Source of the DNA: a virus
Lineage: Duplodnaviria; Caudoviricetes
Length of the DNA stretch: 53,548 bases
IMG/VR virus record: IMGVR_UViG_3300048586_000904
Location: 1 to 53,548 of that record
Strand: one strand, 5' to 3'
Below, piece by piece: positions 10,882 to 19,025 of the stretch. The translations under genes were made by a program, and so were the position numbers. A model generated the notes under the pieces. That model was not told the DNA's origin. It saw nothing but the letters and a program-made list of their open reading frames with translations, and did not search any database. Every line of letters begins with the position of its first letter. Position 1 is the first letter of the stretch.

Positions 10882-11307
10882 TTAGGCACCTCCACCGCCG
10901 GTACCACTCGTTCCCACATTGAGTCCCGTACCGGTCGAGGATTGGGTTGGTTTGAGCGTCACATCAGCAGCGATCACCTCTTCGAGGTTTTGATTGACGT
11001 TGAACTGCATTACCTCGCAGGTTAGAAGGAGCGTGCCCCCTGCGTCGCTGATCTCCACATCGCAGGGATCGCCCGACATGAATAGGGCTTGGATTGTGGC
11101 AAACGCTGTGTCGCCGACCTTGTTGAGAACTGTAAACTCAATGGAGGCATCCTTCAGCGTTCCAACGGTCGCACGCCAACCGTTGTTGTCGCGCGTGCTT
11201 GCATCGGCCTCGGCCTTTTCAAGCGAGACAGTCAGGTCTTTGCAGTTTTTGATCTCGACGTCATCGATTTTGAGAACGGCATCGAGACCGAGTACGACTT
11301 CGGCCAT
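10882..11307 (-). CDS. Major tail tube protein
   Basis: KDLTVSLEKAEADASTRDNNGWRATVGTLKDASIEF fits a siphoviral tube pattern; SD GGAGA upstream. Confidence 0.85.
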   Translation of the reverse strand: MAEVVLGLDAVLKIDDVEIKNCKDLTVSLEKAEADASTRDNNGWRATVGTLKDASIEFTVLNKVGDTAFATIQALFMSGDPCDVEISDAGGTLLLTCEVMQFNVNQNLEEVIAADVTLKPTQSSTGTGLNVGTSGTGGGGA

Positions 11308-11322
11308 GGGGGATCTTCTCCT

Positions 11323-11886
11323 TTACTTCACACTGTTGGCCCAGAACTTTGGCAGTCGGGCGCGGTTGGCATCCAATGCGGGTTTCATGAACGGACGTTT
11401 GGGATAGTTTCGGACTTCGTTTTGGCGTCTCGCGTTCTCTTCTTCGATCAACCTCGTTGCTCGATTCGCTTGAGCGGGTGTCTGCATTTGAATGCGAGCG
11501 AACTTGGTGTTGTAGCCTCGCTGCTTGATTCGGATCGGACCATATTCTCCGACTTGGAATCGATGCGCCTTGAGAAGGCGACGACCCTTGGCTCTTCCTC
11601 CGAACTCATGCAAGTTCCAAATAGTTCCTGCGAATTCATTCACAGGACCGATGAGCACTTCCGTCTTGTTGGAAGAGACTTCGTATCGGAACACACGCTT
11701 CATGTGTCCGGTTTGGGTGTGTGGAGGTGAACCTGGTTGGGATGGTTTCTTGCGCCTACGGATGCTTCGCCGCGCAGTGAGTCGGATCGCTGCACCAGCG
11801 TGACCGAGCGAGCGGAACGTTGCTGACTGCGTCTTTCGCTGCAATTTCCGAGCATCGAATTGTGTACGGACACTCAGTCGGATCAT
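11323..11886 (-). CDS. Tail completion/neck protein (HK97 gp10-like)
   Basis: Basic protein with HEFGG and C-terminal YPKRPFMKPAL motifs. Confidence 0.75.
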   Translation of the reverse strand: MIRLSVRTQFDARKLQRKTQSATFRSLGHAGAAIRLTARRSIRRRKKPSQPGSPPHTQTGHMKRVFRYEVSSNKTEVLIGPVNEFAGTIWNLHEFGGRAKGRRLLKAHRFQVGEYGPIRIKQRGYNTKFARIQMQTPAQANRATRLIEEENARRQNEVRNYPKRPFMKPALDANRARLPKFWANSVK

Positions 11887-12311
11887 CGCGATAGCTCGAA
11901 GGTAAGAGTCATTAAACTCGTGAACTGTCGCAATTGCTCCCAGTGCTCTGTCGAATAGAGCACCGTTTGTTCCACCTTGATGCAGCGGGCAGCCTGAAAC
12001 GAAAGGAGTCGCTTGAGCCGAAACTCATCGGCGATCTTTTCGCCAAGATCCACCAGGGCATCAATCTCTTGATTGGTCCCTTGGGAGAACTTCTTTTGAA
12101 CCGCAATGTCCACTCGGCAGTGATAGCGATTCTGGGATCGATCATGTGGTAGGATTTCCACATCGCGAGGGACCACGCTCACCCGCAGTTCCTTCATGTC
12201 CTCCAAATCGAAGTTGGGCACGTACAGCCGGTGGGCCACGAATTCTTGATCGAACTGCGTGGCATTTAGCTGTGCGGTAACGCTATCGGCGATTTGAAGG
12301 ATTGTGGTCAT
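11883..12311 (-). CDS. Putative tail terminator protein
   Basis: 142-aa ORF in the head-tail connector block with ATGA overlaps on both sides. Confidence 0.6.
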   Translation of the reverse strand: MTTILQIADSVTAQLNATQFDQEFVAHRLYVPNFDLEDMKELRVSVVPRDVEILPHDRSQNRYHCRVDIAVQKKFSQGTNQEIDALVDLGEKIADEFRLKRLLSFQAARCIKVEQTVLYSTEHWEQLRQFTSLMTLTFELSR

Positions 12312-12691
12312 GAAGACTGAAAATGGACTTGCTTGGTGTGAATGCGCAATTTCAAACGGAACGGATCGCTGTATCTCCAGGGAGGCTCGCTCCCCATCGA
12401 CATCACCTCGTAGGTGAATTCGCTTTCATCATCGATCTCCACAATCGTGTCCCCCGCTTTGGGGAGCGATCCGATGATGGAGGTCGTCAGATCGCGGGTA
12501 TTGATCAGAAAGTCGCGGACCTGACTGCGGGTAACAATTCCTTCCCCATCGTCTTGGTCGTACATCGACTTTCCGATCGTGGCCCGAATCAACACGCTCA
12601 GTTCATTGCGTCGGTAGATAATTTCTCGCGACATGTGTTGATAGAGTTGACCGGACAACCACTTCTGTCCCTCTGCTAGGAGATCTCTCAT
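12308..12691 (-). CDS. Putative head-tail joining (closure) protein
   Basis: 127 aa, LPKAGDTIVE and LRIHTK motifs, connector position. Confidence 0.65.
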   Translation of the reverse strand: MRDLLAEGQKWLSGQLYQHMSREIIYRRNELSVLIRATIGKSMYDQDDGEGIVTRSQVRDFLINTRDLTTSIIGSLPKAGDTIVEIDDESEFTYEVMSMGSEPPWRYSDPFRLKLRIHTKQVHFQSS

Positions 12692-12936
12692 TTGCGTTCC
12701 GCCAGGAGTAGGGATGCCTTTTGACGGAGTTCAGCACGCCAAGCCTCCTCCGACTTGCGGCGAAACTCCTCGGCAATCGCATCGGCTTCCTCCCGCACTT
12801 GGCGAACTCGCAAGCTCGATTGATCCCATGGGTTTGGCAGCCCGGAGGAGTTTGGGGAGGTGGTGGATTTCTTGGGGTAGATGGCAACCGCCAACAATAC
12901 CAAGACCACAACTAGTGCAATAATCGACGTCGTCAC
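12688..12936 (-). CDS. Small single-TM membrane protein with a coiled-coil tail
   Basis: Probable GTG start at 12936 after SD GAGGAG; hydrophobic IIALVVVLVLLAVAIY followed by a charged helix. Confidence 0.7.
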   Translation of the reverse strand: MTTSIIALVVVLVLLAVAIYPKKSTTSPNSSGLPNPWDQSSLRVRQVREEADAIAEEFRRKSEEAWRAELRQKASLLLAERK

Positions 12937-12938
12937 GT

Positions 12939-14021
12939 TTAGACTCCTCGTTTGATAAGAATGAAACCCAGCAGCAGGACAGCAACGACGATCAATGCGA
13001 TGGTGATCATTTCGCCAGCCGATGCCCACAGGATGGCATGACGTCCGTCGTTCACTTCGTCGAACAATCGGTCGCGAATCCGGGAACCTGGTCGCAATCG
13101 GTCGCTTGTATCGATCGGGCAGTAACCATCGGGGCAGTCTTGAGAGAAGAGCGTCATCGACGGCGAGATCATCTCATCCCAGGAATAACCAGCCGATCGG
13201 ATAGCTCCCGTTTTCTCCGCTTGAATGGCTTGTTCGTAGAGCTGGTATCCATACTGCAGATCGGAATAGAGTTCCTCCGCCGTAGATGGGATCATCGATC
13301 GGCCTGCGGCATGGATGTGTCCCCCTTTTGCATCTTGAAGAAGCACGACTGGGAACTGCTCGCGAGGCACGATACTCGCGAAGCGTTCTCGGTAGAGTGG
13401 GTTCGATTCGGTGTAGACCTGGAATTCGCATAGCTCCCGAAGCTTGATTAGCTTTGGATTCGTCTCGAACCATTGCATCAACTGCCGGCTTTGCGAATCA
13501 TTACCGACGAAGAGCGCCAATTGGTATGCTCGACTATCGGGCGCCCTAACCGGCGTTACCACCATGGGTGGATGGATCGGATCCTTGAGCGGTGATCCAT
13601 CCGGTACCTTGGGGGGAACAATAGCAGGTTGTGGAGCGGGACTGTTGCTAGACGATGGCACGGGGCATTTGATGGGATCGAGACAGGGGGCAGCCCTTTC
13701 GGTCGTTCTTGGAACCGTATAAACGTTTTGGTAGACACTCGAGTTTCGAATGGGAAAGAAACGCCCTGTCCGGTTGCCAAAGATCCCTTGCTTGATCTCC
13801 TGCTGCGCTTGGATGTTCACAGGAACTGGCTCTTCGAGCTTTTCGATTTGGCCGACGCTTGCATTACTAGGACGAAACGGCGGCGACTTGAGAAGGTCCG
13901 AGTAGGTATCCTTGGATGGAACCTCCTGCACGGCTGTGAATACCACTCCGATAAGAATCGCGTGGACGACAGCCAAAACGAACAGTCCAAGGCTCAAACG
14001 AATTCGAATCGTGTCGCTCAT
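12939..14021 (-). CDS. Membrane protein with N- and C-terminal TM helices, a Pro-rich linker and a possible thioredoxin-like domain
   Basis: Hydrophobic ends, PAPQPAIVPP linker, FPVVLLQD segment, CPDGYCP motif. Confidence 0.65.
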   Translation of the reverse strand: MSDTIRIRLSLGLFVLAVVHAILIGVVFTAVQEVPSKDTYSDLLKSPPFRPSNASVGQIEKLEEPVPVNIQAQQEIKQGIFGNRTGRFFPIRNSSVYQNVYTVPRTTERAAPCLDPIKCPVPSSSNSPAPQPAIVPPKVPDGSPLKDPIHPPMVVTPVRAPDSRAYQLALFVGNDSQSRQLMQWFETNPKLIKLRELCEFQVYTESNPLYRERFASIVPREQFPVVLLQDAKGGHIHAAGRSMIPSTAEELYSDLQYGYQLYEQAIQAEKTGAIRSAGYSWDEMISPSMTLFSQDCPDGYCPIDTSDRLRPGSRIRDRLFDEVNDGRHAILWASAGEMITIALIVVAVLLLGFILIKRGV

Positions 14022-14024
14022 GGC

Positions 14025-14624
14025 TTAGTACACCTCGTAACTTTGATACGTGAGAGAAGATGCGGGATCGTGGATCACGGTCAATGCGAATCCACCGTAG
14101 CCGGCCCACAGACGGATGAACTGATCGCGCGGCGTCAGTTCGAATCTTCCGGGGTAGTTGTTATCAAGGATGGCGGCGTATTGCTTTCCGTCGCGCACCA
14201 CCCATCCGACGAAGGTGCAGCAATGCGCTGGCTTCCACCACAGGATGGCACCGCGACGCGTTGCACTAGCCCAATCAAGGAACCGTGGATCGGCTTTGAG
14301 CGTGTAGCTGTAGTCGATCCCTGCAGCATCGAGCCGATCTCGCAGCCGCGAATCCCATTCCCCGTCGCTGTAGGTGGCACGCCATCGCTCCCCCAACTCG
14401 TATTGGTTGAGCCAGCGGAAGTGGTTCACCAGTGAAGCGTGAACGCAGCTCCCTTGGTTGAGTCGGCCCGTCCAGTTCCGTTGATGCAGGTCGACGGGAA
14501 GATTGGCCGATGGTTGTTCGGTGGGAGGAGTCGGCAGAGCTCTCACGCGAACTTCCTTGGAATTGCACCCCATCGTGCACCACAACAGAAGCAAAAACAG
14601 CAAGTATCGAATCGATGGAACCAT
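14025..14624 (-). CDS. Putative lipoprotein with a papain/C39-like cysteine peptidase domain
   Basis: Signal peptide ending in a lipobox-like TMGC; QGSCVHAS (Cys), AHCCTFVG (His) and ILDNN (Asp/Asn) occur in papain-like order. Confidence 0.65.
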   Translation of the reverse strand: MVPSIRYLLFLLLLWCTMGCNSKEVRVRALPTPPTEQPSANLPVDLHQRNWTGRLNQGSCVHASLVNHFRWLNQYELGERWRATYSDGEWDSRLRDRLDAAGIDYSYTLKADPRFLDWASATRRGAILWWKPAHCCTFVGWVVRDGKQYAAILDNNYPGRFELTPRDQFIRLWAGYGGFALTVIHDPASSLTYQSYEVY

Positions 14625-14650
14625 CTGAGGAGAATCCGCTATCAGAAGAA

Positions 14651-14980
14651 TCAGTGGGTTAGCAACACGCGTGCGGTCGTAGCACCTTCTGGGGCTGCCG
14701 CGATGGTCTTTCCGACCAGCTTGTTTCCCGTTGCCAGCGTCACGATGATCTGATCGTCGGACTTCCAGTAGACCTTGGTCCCTACGCTGATCACCTCATC
14801 AGGGTCTTTGGCAATGTCGAAGACGCCGGCCACGGCGAGTGAACCGAGGTTGTTCGCCTTGATCTCCGTTCGGGTGATTCCGATCAGGTCTCCGATCGCT
14901 ACGACGCTTCCGGATGCCAGATCCGTCTCTGGCGCGTAATTGATGGCGTCGCCATCCTGAACAAAAACTGCTTTGGCCAT
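14651..14980 (-). CDS. Capsid cement/decoration protein (DUF2190 family)
   Basis: FVQDGDAINY...SGSVV...GVFDIAK...GTKVYW pattern; directly after the major capsid gene. Confidence 0.85.
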   Translation of the reverse strand: MAKAVFVQDGDAINYAPETDLASGSVVAIGDLIGITRTEIKANNLGSLAVAGVFDIAKDPDEVISVGTKVYWKSDDQIIVTLATGNKLVGKTIAAAPEGATTARVLLTH

Positions 14981-15024
14981 ATCTAACTCCGTGAATGATT
15001 TTCAGTAGATGGAGGGAAAACGAA

Positions 15025-17154
15025 TTACGCTTCGCCCTTCGCCTTGACACCGCCGCGTGGATCTTGAAGGGCTACCCCGAAGTCGTGGTAGCCACGCATT
15101 TGGACACCAAGCACATTGAAGTCCGCTTCGGCCGTTTCAATCGTGGGAGACTCTTGCCCGTTGAGGAATGCGACCTCAATAACCGGAAGGTCATTGGGGT
15201 CTGCGAGCAGGTACCATGCTTTGCCTGAAGATCCTGCGTAGGTGGTGTTCCCCAAGTAGCGGCTCACTTCGACGCGGAACTTCCCTTGGTGCGGGTTGCT
15301 CGTGGTGGTCTTCGTATTGGCTGTGGTATCACGCATCTCCAGAGATTTGTAGAGTTGTGCGGCCGTGGTCGAGATAGCGGTCGGAACCAAAAGAAGCTGT
15401 GGCATCACGCCGACGGGCTTCCCGTCCGCATCGACTTGATCCATGAAGGTTTTCTCCCCTTCCGTGAGGCCATCGATCCCGAGAGCGGTGGTTGCGCCGG
15501 CGATGTAATTCTTGTTGCCGGTGGTGAAGAAAGCCGCGTTGTTCAAGAATGTGGACCAGAAGATGTCATTGATCTTGAGCCCCGAACCACGGCCAAGCTT
15601 GCGAGGAACAGTGGTGATAGCACCCAGGTCATCATTGATGATGTCTCGACGATCGATCGAAAGCTTCAAACCATAGGTATCCGCTTTGTTGCTGTAGGTT
15701 TCTTCCCCAAGCGTTCCGCTGGAGATCTCTCCACCGGGAGCGACTAGTTCATATTGGTCTTTCCCGATGAGCCGGTAGCTGCTGATGGTTTTGAAATCCG
15801 AAACCGATCGGACTGCGCAAATGCTCCGCCAGACTCGTTCCACCGAGAAGAAGCCCTCCAAGAGAAACTTATTAGCTACGTTGGAGAGGATCCCCGAGAC
15901 TTGGATAGTGGAGAGTCCCGCTTGGATCGAAGGTCCAAACGCAAACCTCAGCACTTCACGTGAATCTCGGAAGTTCCGCCCGGTGTAACCATTAGCCCAT
16001 GCGGCCTCGAGAAGAAGCTCTTGCAAGCTAATACCACCACGGAAGCGACGGGTTGCGGCCTCGAGAGTCCGAGCTTCGTAGAGGCTCTCCAAATCGGAGT
16101 GTCGAGCAGCAATCATGCATGCTGCTTCGAGCACCTCTCCCGTTAGTGAACGATCGACAGTTTGAATCGCGGGGGCTTGTGGACGTTGTGCGCGGAGCAT
16201 TTCCAATTCCGTTCGAGTAGTATCCCATCCTTCGGCGATGGCGCGGGCTTCGATCGTCGCGTCACGGCCGTTGCAGATTTTGCGAATGGCAGCAATTCGT
16301 TTGAGTTCGCTCGACATGGAGGAACGCAAAGCCGTCACAGGATCATTGCCTGCGTCGCTCCCCGTCGACGAAGATGGCTCATTTGCAGATGGCAACTCGT
16401 GGATGGGATCCGAATCGAGACGAATCTGAGCAACAGCAAACATCTGACGCAGCGAATCCATCTGAGACGCGGTTAGAGAATCTTTCTCGAAACCATGGAT
16501 TGCGAGCCAAGCATCGAAAGAGGTCGGCACCGATGGTTCGGTGGTTGCTCCCTCCAGTGACTGCGTTCCCGTTGGCTGTTGGCTAGCTGCGATCTGTGCG
16601 CTGGTGTTATCATCTGCGCCAAGAACCACAAAGCTCACTTCACCGAGAAAGGATCGGCGCGCCACATTCACGGGGCCAAGAACTTCCTGTCCATTGACGA
16701 TGGTCGACTTGCCCTCCGCTACAAACTCCACTTGATCGGCACGTGCACCGATGGAAGCTTGCCAGGCGAAGCCCTTATCGTTGAGAGCAATGACTTGACG
16801 TGCCTTGGGGGAATCCCCCATCACTTGCCCGGCTACGATGAGCTGATTGTTGAGAACGGCGATCGAATCGGTTTGACCGACTACAAAATCCACATCGCGT
16901 GTGTGATCCAAGAGGATCGGTCGGCGCTGTTTCCCCATCTGCATACCTTGCAGGTCCACTACGACGGGGTATCGCCAACCGGCAAGCTGCATCGGTCCAC
17001 CGGTATAAGCGGTCATGGTGAATCGACGAAGACTCGATTCGGTTGCTTCCCCGGCCCCTCCTTCGAATTCGACAGAACTGGCTTGCAGTTGCAAGAGTTG
17101 GTCGGTCGAGTGCGCGAGGATATTCAACGGTGCTGGGGATGGACTATTCATCAT
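15025..17154 (-). CDS. Prohead protease-scaffold-major capsid fusion (Mu gpT-like capsid domain)
   Basis: N-terminal PILLDH...WQASIG...EVSFVVLGAD protease motifs; C-terminal LSNVANKFLL...DFK...IINDDLGA...DFGV capsid motifs. Start moved to ATG 17154, which overlaps the portal end. Confidence 0.88.
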   Translation of the reverse strand: MMNSPSPAPLNILAHSTDQLLQLQASSVEFEGGAGEATESSLRRFTMTAYTGGPMQLAGWRYPVVVDLQGMQMGKQRRPILLDHTRDVDFVVGQTDSIAVLNNQLIVAGQVMGDSPKARQVIALNDKGFAWQASIGARADQVEFVAEGKSTIVNGQEVLGPVNVARRSFLGEVSFVVLGADDNTSAQIAASQQPTGTQSLEGATTEPSVPTSFDAWLAIHGFEKDSLTASQMDSLRQMFAVAQIRLDSDPIHELPSANEPSSSTGSDAGNDPVTALRSSMSSELKRIAAIRKICNGRDATIEARAIAEGWDTTRTELEMLRAQRPQAPAIQTVDRSLTGEVLEAACMIAARHSDLESLYEARTLEAATRRFRGGISLQELLLEAAWANGYTGRNFRDSREVLRFAFGPSIQAGLSTIQVSGILSNVANKFLLEGFFSVERVWRSICAVRSVSDFKTISSYRLIGKDQYELVAPGGEISSGTLGEETYSNKADTYGLKLSIDRRDIINDDLGAITTVPRKLGRGSGLKINDIFWSTFLNNAAFFTTGNKNYIAGATTALGIDGLTEGEKTFMDQVDADGKPVGVMPQLLLVPTAISTTAAQLYKSLEMRDTTANTKTTTSNPHQGKFRVEVSRYLGNTTYAGSSGKAWYLLADPNDLPVIEVAFLNGQESPTIETAEADFNVLGVQMRGYHDFGVALQDPRGGVKAKGEA

Positions 17155-18637
17155 TTGAAGCTGGATCACTGATAGACTCCTCGTCGAGTTCAGGTGGTGA
17201 AACAGAAGCAGGTACGCCAGGCTGCGAAAGACCGAGCTCATTCATCAAGGCCAGTTCTTTGGCTCTTTGATAGAGTGCGTCTTCCCAATCGCGACCTTGT
17301 CGTGCGTATTCGTAAGCGAGCGTGGTGGTATGGTTGGAGAGCCGAGTCGCCTGCGCGTTGGCTTCCTTGAGTGGATCCACATGCTCGTGGCCATCGAAGA
17401 ACCATTGGTGGGCAGCGGTGAATGAGAGAGTGCGAACAGATTGAGGCAGCAATCCCTCGATGAGAATGGCTTCGCTGAGCCATGCTGCAAGAATGCGATC
17501 GAGGATGACTCGGGCTAGGTTCGCTTGATCGACACGGATCGATTTGAAGTAGGTTTGGTGATCTAGCCGACCAGAGGCATAGTTGTATCCAGCGGAATTG
17601 CCACTCGCAACATTGAACGGCATGTTCAGGCAACGCGCGATCTCATTGAGAATCTCGTGTTTGAACTCTCCATAGGTACTGCATGGCTGTTGGGCTTCGA
17701 GCTGCGACATGCGCCAGCCACCGGGCATAGTGAGAAGCGCTCGTTTCTCGAGTTCAATCGGCTCAAAAGGTTCCGCCGCGTCCGCTTCACCGTTGGCAGG
17801 TGAATCGGTGTAGAGGATCCCTGCGAAGTCGGCAGCGGTTTCGGCTGCAGCGATGACAGCTAGAGTGAAACGACGAAGCTGCGCGAAGAGCGGTAGGGCT
17901 GGGGTGATTTCCGGAATGCCGCGCACCTGGCCAGGTCGATCCACGCGAAAAAGATGGAGCATCGCGCCTGCGGAGACAGTGTTGTATTCACCCCAGGCGT
18001 TCAATGCATCACCCGGATGCGTCTTGAGAACATGGTAGAAGATTGGGTTTCCAAACGAATCAAATTGAATTCCATCGATGTAGTTCGGCGAGGTTACAAA
18101 ACCCATCGGAGCAGCGACTTGATCGGCTTCTACGAGCATCAAGTCAAGTTGCACGGGAGCAGCTACACGAGGGTTGCTGGTGAGAATGCCGAAGGCTTCC
18201 CCGTCCCCCATACTTGCAAGCTTCATCGTTCGTAGCTTCTCAGGGAGACCGATCGCATTGGACCAACGATGGAACTCCGTTTCGATCGCTCGATTAACGG
18301 CTGGATCTTCGGCTAGCATTTGAAGCCGAGGTCCTGTTCCAATAACATCGTTTGCAAGTGTCAGCGTGATGCCGCGGGCATAACTGTTGTTGGCAATCTC
18401 ATAGCGAGCGCGGTTGCGAAGAGTACGGCGTACGCTGGCGCTATTCGCGCTCTTAGCCGAGAGACCATCGGCAGCAGACCAATGGCGACGATTATCATCG
18501 CTGGTGATCGATGCGTCGTAGCGAGCATCAATTCGGGGAGGCCAAAAGAAAGGCTGTCGGAATCCGCGTCCACCGCTAGAGGGACGCGAGGTCCGACGCG
18601 GTCGATTGCTCAAGATCCCTGACAAGAATTCGAACAT
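17144..18637 (-). CDS. Portal protein, lambda family
   Basis: LRNRARYEIANNSYARG, RPGQVRGIP, NYASGRLD and VDPLKEANA motifs. Likely ATG at 18637 after an AGGAAG SD. Confidence 0.93.
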   Translation of the reverse strand: MFEFLSGILSNRPRRTSRPSSGGRGFRQPFFWPPRIDARYDASITSDDNRRHWSAADGLSAKSANSASVRRTLRNRARYEIANNSYARGITLTLANDVIGTGPRLQMLAEDPAVNRAIETEFHRWSNAIGLPEKLRTMKLASMGDGEAFGILTSNPRVAAPVQLDLMLVEADQVAAPMGFVTSPNYIDGIQFDSFGNPIFYHVLKTHPGDALNAWGEYNTVSAGAMLHLFRVDRPGQVRGIPEITPALPLFAQLRRFTLAVIAAAETAADFAGILYTDSPANGEADAAEPFEPIELEKRALLTMPGGWRMSQLEAQQPCSTYGEFKHEILNEIARCLNMPFNVASGNSAGYNYASGRLDHQTYFKSIRVDQANLARVILDRILAAWLSEAILIEGLLPQSVRTLSFTAAHQWFFDGHEHVDPLKEANAQATRLSNHTTTLAYEYARQGRDWEDALYQRAKELALMNELGLSQPGVPASVSPPELDEESISDPASNDE

Positions 18638-18716
18638 CCGTATTCTTCCTTGATTGTCGTGATTCCGACAGCCCGATTTGAAAAGAAGCGAGTAAGACCG
18701 AGAAGAGAGAGACGGT

Positions 18717-18914
18717 TCAGTCGGCCCCGGGGGGAACAACGCGGTTGAACCGAAGCCCACGGTTCTTGGTATGCATCGCAGCCTTGGATGCGAGGTACCT
18801 GTCGGCTTCGATTTGATCGGCGAGCTTATGTTGCTCAACACTTCCCGCGTCCCCCGAGGCCTTGGCTGGGGCCTTCGCGTTCTCGCGAATCGTCTCTTGC
18901 AAGTTGTCTGACAT
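18717..18914 (-). CDS. Head completion protein (lambda gpW-like)
   Basis: 65-aa ORF between the terminase and the lambda-type portal. Confidence 0.7.
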   Translation of the reverse strand: MSDNLQETIRENAKAPAKASGDAGSVEQHKLADQIEADRYLASKAAMHTKNRGLRFNRVVPPGAD

Positions 18915-18950
18915 ATGTCCGGTCCTAGTCGTTGATGAAGAGTTAGGTCT

Positions 18951-18990
18951 TCTATCTGTAGGAATACCCGGTACACATCGAGATTGACGG
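18951..18990 (-). promoter_or_regulatory. Candidate phage-sigma late promoter, copy A (CCGTCAA-N9-GTACCGGGTATTCCTACAGATAGA)
   Basis: Matches 34700-34739 at 31/40 nt with identical spacing; lies upstream of the head/tail operon. Confidence 0.7.
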
Positions 18991-19025
18991 ACAATAGGGA
19001 AGTATTTTTATACAACCATCAATTA

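Noticed and set aside
18638-19015. N-terminal extension of the portal ORF across gpW and the promoter motif
   Set aside because: Not protein-like, overlaps the gpW-like gene, and a better SD-ATG exists at 18637.
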